Below, in pieces: positions 58,147-64,000 of a stretch of 64,000 nt of DNA. The notes under the pieces are model-generated. The model had not been told where the DNA came from, did no database searches, and saw only the letters and a list, made by a program, of their open reading frames with translations. How positions within the stretch are numbered: the stretch's first letter is position 1; each line of letters starts with the position of its first letter. The stretch lies in the NCBI GenBank assembly GCA_902537325.1, contig CACBAT010000005.1:18637-82636 (forward strand), read 5' to 3'. The DNA is from an uncultured Alphaproteobacteria bacterium. GTDB taxonomy: Bacteria > Pseudomonadota > Alphaproteobacteria > HIMB59 > GCA-002718135. The translations under genes were made by a program, and so were the position numbers.

Positions 58147-59298
58147 ATGAACAAAATATTTGATATTTTAGTTATTGGAGGGGGTATTAATGGTGCTGGA
58201 ATTGTAAGAGATGCATCAGGCAGAAATTTAAAAATTTGTTTGGTTGAAAAAAACACAGTTGGTTCAGCTACTTCGTCTTGGTCTACAAAATTAATACATG
58301 GCGGGTTAAGGTATCTCGAAAATTATGAATTTCGCCTTGTACGTGAATCTCTAAAGGAAAGAGAGGTAATTAAAAAAATTGCCAGTAATATAACAACACC
58401 ATTACCTTTTATTATACCATATCAAAAATCCTTAAGACCTAAATGGTTAATTAAATTAGGATTATTTTTATATGATAATATTGGTGGCAAAATGACTATA
58501 CCAAAATCTTCAACTATAAATATTAAAAAGGAAATTCCTAACATTTTAAAAGATCAATTTAAAATTGGTTTCCAATATTATGATTTACAAGTTGACGATA
58601 AAAAGCTTGTTCAATTAAATGTTGAAGATGCAAAGAAAAAAGGTGCAATTATTATTCAAAATAAAAAAGTTATAGATGCAAAACGAAATAAAAATATTTG
58701 GGATATAACTTTAGATGATAATACTATACTTAAATCTAAAATTCTTATCAATGCTGCAGGACCTTGGATAAATGAAGTTTTAAGTAATGTCATTAAATTA
58801 AATTCAAAAAAATCAATTCGACTTGTAAAAGGTAGTCACATAATAACTAAAAGTCTTTACAATCAAAAAAAAGCTTTCACTTTACAAAATGAAGATAACA
58901 GAATAATTTTTGTTATACCTTATAAAGAGGAATATTCTCTTATTGGTACTACTGAAACAGAAGTTTTTTCACCAGAAAATCCAAAAATTGACGAAAGTGA
59001 AATTGATTATTTATTAAATTCAGTAAATAAATATTTCATTAAACAAATATCAAGAGATGATGTAGTAAGTTCTTATTCTGGAATTAGACCACTTATTGAA
59101 GATTTTAAAGAAGCATCAAAAGTTACTAGAGACTATATATTCGATTTAAATGAGGATGGTTCGCAGGCACCATTATTAAACATCTATGGAGGAAAACTAA
59201 CGACGTATAGAAAATTAGCTGAAAATGTTCTTTTAACTCTTAATAAACATATTCCAATAAATAAAGAAAGTTCTTGGACTGCTAAACAAAAACTATAA
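58147..59298 (+). CDS. glpD: FAD-dependent glycerol-3-phosphate dehydrogenase, short form lacking the C-terminal domain
   Basis: 383 aa. DILVIGGGINGAGIVRDA...SSWSTKLIHGGLRYLENYEFRLVRESLKEREV and GGKLTTYRKLAE are collinear with E. coli GlpD. The ORF ends about where the E. coli C-terminal domain begins. Confidence 0.75.
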   Translation: MNKIFDILVIGGGINGAGIVRDASGRNLKICLVEKNTVGSATSSWSTKLIHGGLRYLENYEFRLVRESLKEREVIKKIASNITTPLPFIIPYQKSLRPKWLIKLGLFLYDNIGGKMTIPKSSTINIKKEIPNILKDQFKIGFQYYDLQVDDKKLVQLNVEDAKKKGAIIIQNKKVIDAKRNKNIWDITLDDNTILKSKILINAAGPWINEVLSNVIKLNSKKSIRLVKGSHIITKSLYNQKKAFTLQNEDNRIIFVIPYKEEYSLIGTTETEVFSPENPKIDESEIDYLLNSVNKYFIKQISRDDVVSSYSGIRPLIEDFKEASKVTRDYIFDLNEDGSQAPLLNIYGGKLTTYRKLAENVLLTLNKHIPINKESSWTAKQKL

Positions 59299-59330
59299 TT
59301 GGTATCCCTCTTAAATAACTTTTCAAATTT

Positions 59331-59400
59331 GGTGGGCAGAAAAGTTTTATAAGAGGAATACTTCTTATAGGAGGAAATAATATGAACCCTCTGCCCATCA
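59331..59400 (+). ncRNA. Candidate small structured RNA / leader-like element (three nested helices)
   Basis: The closing helix pairs TGGGCAGA (59333-59340) with TCTGCCCA (59390-59397). Inner hairpin 1 pairs TATAAGA (59348-59354) with TCTTATA (59363-59369). Inner hairpin 2 pairs GGAGG (59370-59374) with CCTCT (59388-59392), which sequesters an SD. No family is recognised. Confidence 0.2.
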
Positions 59401-59440
59401 ATATTTTAGTTTAAATTTATGATATTTATTGAAAATTTTT

Positions 59441-59478
59441 AAAAAAGGGATGTATTGCCCCTTATATTAGGGGCAATA
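59441..59478 (-). terminator. Hairpin terminator downstream of the minus-strand ABC ATPase gene
   Basis: A perfect 10-bp stem pairs TATTGCCCCT (59453-59462) with AGGGGCAATA (59469-59478) around a 6-nt loop. On the minus strand a TTTTTT tract follows after a 6-nt gap. Confidence 0.45.
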
Positions 59479-59493
59479 TTCAATACGATTCTA

Positions 59494-60573
59494 TTATTTA
59501 AAAGCTTGTCCTGAACTGTCAAATAACTGGCATCTTCCAGCAGGGAAACCAACTTTTACAGTATCACCAACTTTTATTTCTGAATGTCCTTCAGTTTCTG
59601 CAACTAATGGCTCACCATCTTTTTCAAGGTATAGGTAAGTAACGTCACCAAGTTTTTCGACAACGAATACTTTACTTTCCCAAGATCCATCTGAGTCACC
59701 ATTTACTACTAAGTGTTCGGGTCTAATACCTAAAGTTACTGGATCACCCTCTGATGAGGATGCTGACATCTTAGAGACTGATATTTTTGACATTCCCATA
59801 ATATCAACTTCTGTAGCATCAGAACTTTTGCTTAATATCTTACTAGAAATAAAGTTCATTTTTGGTGAACCAATAAATCCACCTACGAACATGTTATTTG
59901 GTCTATCATAAAGTTCTAATGGGGATCCTTTTTGCGAAACGATACCTGTATCTAGAACAACAATATCATCAGCTAAAGTCATAGCTTCTGTCTGATCATG
60001 TGTAACGTAGATCATTGTTGCTTCTAGTTCATTATGAAGTTTTGCTAATTCAACTCTCATTTGAACCCTTAATGCAGCATCAAGGTTTGAAAGTGGTTCA
60101 TCAAATAAGAAAACTTTTGGTTTTCTTGTAATTGCTCTTCCAATAGCAACACGTTGTCTTTGACCACCGGAAAGTTGTTTTGGTTTTCTTTGAAGATAAT
60201 CTTCTATTTGAAGAATTCTTGCTGCCTCATTAACTCTTTCATTAATTTCATCTTTTGATCTTTTTTCTAATTTCAAACCAAAAGCCATGTTATCAAATAC
60301 AGTCATGTGAGGGTATAAAGCATAAGATTGAAACACCATTGCAATATTTCTTTGCTTTGGTGGTAAATCATTAACTACCTGACCATCAATTGAAATTGTA
60401 CCTGAATTGATATCTTCAAGTCCTGCGATCATTCTTAACATAGTTGACTTTCCACAACCACTAGGTCCAACTAAAACTGTGAATGATTGACTTTTTATAT
60501 CTAGAGATACATCCTTAATTACATGGACGTCTCCAAAATATTTATTAACAGTATTTATATTTATATCTGCCAC
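59494..60573 (-). CDS. CUT1 sugar ABC transporter ATP-binding protein (MalK/UgpC/AglK-like)
   Basis: Walker A GPSGCGKST, signature LSGGQRQRV and Walker B VFLFDEP. I prefer the GTG at 60573, preceded by GGAGG (reverse complement of 60579-60583), over the ATG at 60663, which adds 30 non-conserved residues. Confidence 0.85.
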   Translation of the reverse strand: MADININTVNKYFGDVHVIKDVSLDIKSQSFTVLVGPSGCGKSTMLRMIAGLEDINSGTISIDGQVVNDLPPKQRNIAMVFQSYALYPHMTVFDNMAFGLKLEKRSKDEINERVNEAARILQIEDYLQRKPKQLSGGQRQRVAIGRAITRKPKVFLFDEPLSNLDAALRVQMRVELAKLHNELEATMIYVTHDQTEAMTLADDIVVLDTGIVSQKGSPLELYDRPNNMFVGGFIGSPKMNFISSKILSKSSDATEVDIMGMSKISVSKMSASSSEGDPVTLGIRPEHLVVNGDSDGSWESKVFVVEKLGDVTYLYLEKDGEPLVAETEGHSEIKVGDTVKVGFPAGRCQLFDSSGQAFK

Positions 60574-60675
60574 TTCATCCTCCTTTGAGCGATCTTTCAA
60601 GTGTATGAATACATCATCATACAAATATGATTTTATTAAACGATAATTTGAAGGAAAAATCAATAGTTTTTAATA

Positions 60676-61818
60676 CTAACCCTTAACTGATCCTGCTACT
60701 AATCCTCTTATAAAATATCTCTGAAGGGCAAAAAAGATAAATAAAGGAACTGTCATTGATACAAAAGCTCCTGTTGTTAATATTTCCCAATTTTCTCCTC
60801 TTGATCCAAGCAATTCTTTTAATTTAGCAGTTAAAATAATTTCACTTGGAACTTGGTCTAAAAAAACTAAACCAACTAATAAATCATTCCAGCACCATAA
60901 AAATTGCAGTATAAATATTGAAGCAAATGCAGGTATTGATAAAGGAATAATTATACGTAAAAAAATATCATAATGAGAAGCGCCATCAACTTTTGCAGCC
61001 TCCATCATTTCATTTGGCAAGCTTTTTAAGAAATTTCTCAATAAGAAAGTAGTCGAAGCTAATCCAAATCCAGTATGGGCCATCCATACCCCAGGATATG
61101 ATTTTGCTGCCACACCGAATAATGCACCAAAATCATTATAGATCGTTAGTATTGGTATTAGAGACATTTGAAGAGGAACAACAAGAGATGCAATTATTAC
61201 AGCTAAAAGAATATCTCTTCCATAAAATTTCATCCAAGTTAAAGAATAGGCAAAAAAGGAACAAATTATTAATGGTATCAATGTTGAAGGTAGAGCAACA
61301 GCCATAGTGTTAATAAATGCTCTTCCAATTCCTTCTTTGAATAAAACTTCTCTATAATTTTCAAAAGTAAACGAAGGTGGGCTTAATGATGTAGTAAATA
61401 ATCTTTTCCCTTTTTTCTTTTGAAATTCACTTTTTGATCGCCATTCATAATTTCCATCTTCATCAATAGTTACTTCACTTTCATCTTTAAAAACCGCTAC
61501 CTCACTAACATTAAATTCATTAATTTTTTTTGAAGTTATTCCAAAACTTTCGATTTTTTTTCCAGAGTTTTCTTCAAATAATTTTCCTTTAATTTTAAAA
61601 TATCCATCTTCTTCAATTTGTGCATTCATTCCAGGCATTCTATAAATTTCATTTATTTCAGTTGTAGTTAAAGATGTCCACCAACCACTAATAGATAGTA
61701 AATCTTTGTCTCTCAATGAGCTAATAAATAGACCAAAAGTTGGAATGATCCAAATAATGACAAAAAACAATAATAGTAATTGAGATAAAATCGATGATAA
61801 AGAAAATTTTTTCATCAT
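60676..61818 (-). CDS. CUT1 sugar ABC transporter permease with a large periplasmic insert (AglG-like size)
   Basis: 380 aa with the EAA-loop MMEAAKVDGASHYDIFLRIIIPLSIPAF. A hydrophilic stretch of about 135 aa lies between TM1 and TM2. Confidence 0.8.
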   Translation of the reverse strand: MMKKFSLSSILSQLLLLFFVIIWIIPTFGLFISSLRDKDLLSISGWWTSLTTTEINEIYRMPGMNAQIEEDGYFKIKGKLFEENSGKKIESFGITSKKINEFNVSEVAVFKDESEVTIDEDGNYEWRSKSEFQKKKGKRLFTTSLSPPSFTFENYREVLFKEGIGRAFINTMAVALPSTLIPLIICSFFAYSLTWMKFYGRDILLAVIIASLVVPLQMSLIPILTIYNDFGALFGVAAKSYPGVWMAHTGFGLASTTFLLRNFLKSLPNEMMEAAKVDGASHYDIFLRIIIPLSIPAFASIFILQFLWCWNDLLVGLVFLDQVPSEIILTAKLKELLGSRGENWEILTTGAFVSMTVPLFIFFALQRYFIRGLVAGSVKG

Positions 61819-62798
61819 ATTTTTTGTTCCTGTCGATGTTTATATAAGTTCCAAGCAAGAATAGGTATTACACCAATCATTATAACTATAGCTAGTACAC
61901 TTCCTCTTCCGGAGTCGCCTCCACCTCTAAACATCCAATCATACATTAAGTTTGCTAAAACACCTGTTTGCCATTCCCCATTTGTCATGGCAAAAATAAT
62001 ATCAAAAATTCTTAAGACAATTATTGTTATTAAAGTCCATATAACAAGAATTGTCTGTTCCAAATAAGGAATAATAATAGAAAAAAATATTTTTAATTCA
62101 CTAGCCCCATCTATTCTTGCCGCTTCTAACATTTCTTTGGGTATACTTCTCAAAGCTGCACTGAAGATCACAAGTGCTAATCCTGTTTGTATCCAAATCA
62201 TTATAGCCATTAAAAAAAAATTGTTCCAAAATGGTATTGTTATCCATGCTTGAGGTTCATAACCAAATGAAACAATAATTGCATTTAGAAGACCTATTTG
62301 AGTGTCACCAGGACCTCTGTATTCATAAATAAATTTCCATATTACACCTGCACCCACAAATGAAATTGCCATAGGCATAAAAATAATTGATTTAGCAATT
62401 GAACCCCACCATATGTTATCTGCAAGTTTAGCAATAACTAAACCAAAAAAAGTACTTAAAGTTGGAACAACAAGTAACCATACAAAATTATTTAATATAC
62501 TTCTTCTAAATTCAGGATCACCAATAGCCCATTTATAATTATATAAACCAACAAATTCTCTTCCAAATTTATCGTAAAAGCTAAGCCGAACAGTTTCAAA
62601 AACTGGATATAAAATAAATATAAATAAAACAATAAAAGCAGGTGCAATAAAAACTATTACTCTGATTGAATTTTCAAAATTATATCTTTTTATACTTCTT
62701 CTTCCATAAGCATCTAAGACTAAATTAGAAATATGAAAATAACTTATAAAAAATAAAATCCCTAAAAAAACGATAAACAATAAATTTAGGATGGTCAT
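61815..62798 (-). CDS. CUT1 sugar ABC transporter permease (AglF/MalF-like)
   Basis: 327 aa with the EAA-loop MLEAARIDGASELKIFFSIIIPYLEQTI. It overlaps the downstream permease gene by 4 nt. Confidence 0.8.
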   Translation of the reverse strand: MTILNLLFIVFLGILFFISYFHISNLVLDAYGRRSIKRYNFENSIRVIVFIAPAFIVLFIFILYPVFETVRLSFYDKFGREFVGLYNYKWAIGDPEFRRSILNNFVWLLVVPTLSTFFGLVIAKLADNIWWGSIAKSIIFMPMAISFVGAGVIWKFIYEYRGPGDTQIGLLNAIIVSFGYEPQAWITIPFWNNFFLMAIMIWIQTGLALVIFSAALRSIPKEMLEAARIDGASELKIFFSIIIPYLEQTILVIWTLITIIVLRIFDIIFAMTNGEWQTGVLANLMYDWMFRGGGDSGRGSVLAIVIMIGVIPILAWNLYKHRQEQKI

Positions 62799-62814
62799 TA
62801 AAAAGTAAATATAT

Positions 62815-62849
62815 AAAAAAAACAGGCGAACAAGTTATTTGTTCGCCTG
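62815..62849 (-). terminator. Rho-independent terminator/attenuator between the SBP and permease genes
   Basis: A perfect 11-bp stem pairs CAGGCGAACAA (62823-62833) with TTGTTCGCCTG (62839-62849) around the loop GTTAT. On the minus strand it is followed by a T8 tract (A-run 62815-62822 on the plus strand). Confidence 0.7.
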
Positions 62850-62862
62850 GTAATTATTTAAA

Positions 62863-64000
62863 TTATTTAATAGCGTCCCAACTGTCTTGAATAGAATCAG
62901 CTACATCTTTAGCAGATTTTCCATTGGTATAATCAACCATACCAGTCCAGAAAGTTCCTGCACCAATTGCACCAGGCATTAGATCTGATCCATCAAATCT
63001 AAATGTAGTTGCTCCTAAAAGTATGTCATGAAGACCCTTAAATGTCTCACTTGAGTATTTATTTTTATCAACGCCTTTATGAGGTGTTAAGAAACCACCT
63101 TTTTCCATAAATCTTTCATTTGGTTCAGGGTGTAATAAAAATTTCATGAACTCAATAGTTGCAGCATTATCATTTGTTGCAGCAACTAGCGTACCAGCAC
63201 CTAGAACTGGCTTTCCAAGATCTTTACCAGCGAAAGCAGGGAAGTAGAAAAAGTCATAATCTACACCTGCTTCTGATCCATCTGGAAAGAATGCTGGAAT
63301 AAAACTAGCTTGTCTGTGCATCATACATTCAGCTGGAGATGTAAATAATCCATTTGGAGCATCTCTGAAATCTGTTGTTGCAACAGCTTTACTTCCACCA
63401 TTTACATAATCATCATTTAAAGCAAATGAACCAAAAGTATCCATAGCTTCAATTACTCGTGGATCATTAAATGGCATTTCATTTGAAACCCACATGTCAT
63501 ATACTTCTGGTGAATGAGTTCTAAGCATTATATCTTCCATCCAGTCAGTTGCAGGCCAACCAGTAGCTGCACCAGAACCTAAACCAATACACCAAGGTGT
63601 ATTACCATCTGATGCCATTTGATCAGTTAAAGCAATTAACTCTTCCATTGTTCCTGGAATTTCATAACCATTATCTTCAAAGTTATCTGGAGAGTACCAA
63701 ACTAAACTTTTTACATTGACTCTAAAAAATACGCCCATGAATTGATCTGTACCATTTTCATCAGCATATGTAGTTAGATCTACCCAAGATTGTCCAGCAG
63801 CGTAATCATCTAAAACCATTTGTTTTATATCATCACCAAGAGGAACTAATCCCCCCATTGCAGCAGCGTTAGCTGCTAATCCTGGTTGTGGAAAAATAAC
63901 TGCATCTGCAGCACTTCCAGCCTTTAAGTCAATCATAACTTGTTGTTCAAAACTATCTGAACCACCATACTCAACCGTAGCTCCAGTTGCTTTCTCAAAA
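62863..64000 (-). CDS. CUT1 sugar ABC transporter substrate-binding protein; 5' end outside the window
   Basis: The frame stays open to the window edge (upstream residues ...FEKATGATVEYGGSDSFEQQV precede the ORF-track Met). It has family-1 SBP composition and biased codon usage like the other SBP genes. Confidence 0.8.
   Translation of the reverse strand, partial: FEKATGATVEYGGSDSFEQQVMIDLKAGSAADAVIFPQPGLAANAAAMGGLVPLGDDIKQMVLDDYAAGQSWVDLTTYADENGTDQFMGVFFRVNVKSLVWYSPDNFEDNGYEIPGTMEELIALTDQMASDGNTPWCIGLGSGAATGWPATDWMEDIMLRTHSPEVYDMWVSNEMPFNDPRVIEAMDTFGSFALNDDYVNGGSKAVATTDFRDAPNGLFTSPAECMMHRQASFIPAFFPDGSEAGVDYDFFYFPAFAGKDLGKPVLGAGTLVAATNDNAATIEFMKFLLHPEPNERFMEKGGFLTPHKGVDKNKYSSETFKGLHDILLGATTFRFDGSDLMPGAIGAGTFWTGMVDYTNGKSAKDVADSIQDSWDAIK

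Noticed and set aside
59331-59400. Possible tRNA. A 7-bp acceptor-like stem (GGTGGGC/GCCCATC) is followed by an unpaired A, and the overall length is about 70 nt.
   Set aside because: The internal arms do not fit a cloverleaf. There is no 5-bp T-stem with a 7-nt TPsiC-like loop. The central hairpin has a 7-bp stem and an 8-nt loop rather than an anticodon arm. No D-arm is present. I kept it only as a low-confidence structured element.
20293-60663. ORF-track start codons at 15355, 20293, 24840, 29546, 30656, 48623 and 60663.
   Set aside because: Each would add non-conserved N-terminal residues, overlap an upstream gene extensively, or lie inside a terminator hairpin (30656). Downstream starts with good SD spacing and family-typical N-termini were preferred: 15379, 20335, 24897, 29561, 30683, 48659 and 60573.
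119-63000. About 30 short ORFs in the supplied track lie inside, and mostly antisense to, longer genes. Examples are 119-316(-), 1535-1810(+), 1937-2209(+), 4668-5015(-), 28722-29087(-), 46183-46476(-), 46381-46620(+) and 61098-61307(+).
   Set aside because: Each is fully embedded in a longer ORF with clear family motifs. Their translations are low-complexity or compositionally odd, with no recognisable motifs. Long antisense frames are a known by-product of codon bias. I found no independent evidence of coding.
58147-64000. Interpreting the right-hand ABC operon as ugpBAEC (sn-glycerol-3-phosphate uptake) because it lies next to glpD.
   Set aside because: The genes converge on glpD rather than being co-transcribed with it. 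The permease sizes (327 and 380 aa, one with a large periplasmic insert) fit AglF/AglG-type sugar systems better than UgpA/UgpE. The substrate is left open.
1-64000. Search for CRISPR arrays, prophage or integrase genes, transposases, toxin-antitoxin pairs and known defence-system hallmarks (nucleases, helicases, STAND/AAA ATPases).
   Set aside because: None were seen. The only sizeable repeat is the permease duplication, and the only unassigned proteins (16017-18367) lack nuclease or ATPase motifs by eye. A defence role for them cannot be excluded, but nothing in the sequence supports it.

Overview
The window is visibly AT-rich (I estimate about 30% G+C, not counted) and very tightly packed. 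It holds about 58 protein-coding genes. I found no rRNA or tRNA genes, no CRISPR array, no transposase or integrase, and no recognisable transcription factor. Spacers are mostly 0-90 nt, many same-strand genes overlap by 1-14 nt, and several convergent pairs share or abut their stop codons. This architecture, plus soxBDAG, one TRAP system, three ABC systems and high-expression-looking substrate-binding-protein (SBP) genes, suggests a streamlined marine alphaproteobacterium of the Pelagibacterales/SAR11 or HIMB59 type. That taxonomic call is inference only.

Gene content from left to right:
- Partial nagK and gabD.
- An eight-gene overlapping operon: AGAT-like amidinotransferase, an EutA/EutB/EutC-like trio, a 480-aa PLP enzyme, an M20D amidohydrolase, an M24 creatinase-fold protein and a proline-racemase-like protein.
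- soxBDAG.
- Two proteins I cannot assign to any family (554 aa and 238 aa), divergent from an atypical M19 dipeptidase-like gene.
- A DMT permease.
- A Pot-like ABC system, an FAD oxidoreductase, an aldehyde dehydrogenase (ALDH), a TRAP system and a glutamine-synthetase-like amine ligase.
- A redox-heavy sugar-acid/inositol-type block (short-chain dehydrogenases (SDRs), Gfo/Idh/MocA, ALDH, Fe-ADH, UxaA).
- A lone gamma-butyrobetaine-hydroxylase-like dioxygenase.
- An amino-sugar block: galK-like kinase, GH20 hexosaminidase, an ABC importer with a tandemly duplicated permease and no ATPase, SIS proteins and nagA.
- GMC oxidoreductase, enolase-superfamily protein, HAD and ICMT-like genes; a P-loop glycerate-kinase-like gene; a short glpD.
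- A CUT1 sugar ABC operon that runs off the right edge.

The best candidates for new biology are the unassignable 554-aa/238-aa pair with its degenerate M19 neighbour, the hybrid eight-gene operon upstream of sox, and the duplicated permease pair with a 131-nt perfectly identical tract. All family calls rest on motif recognition by eye. No database search or computation was run.
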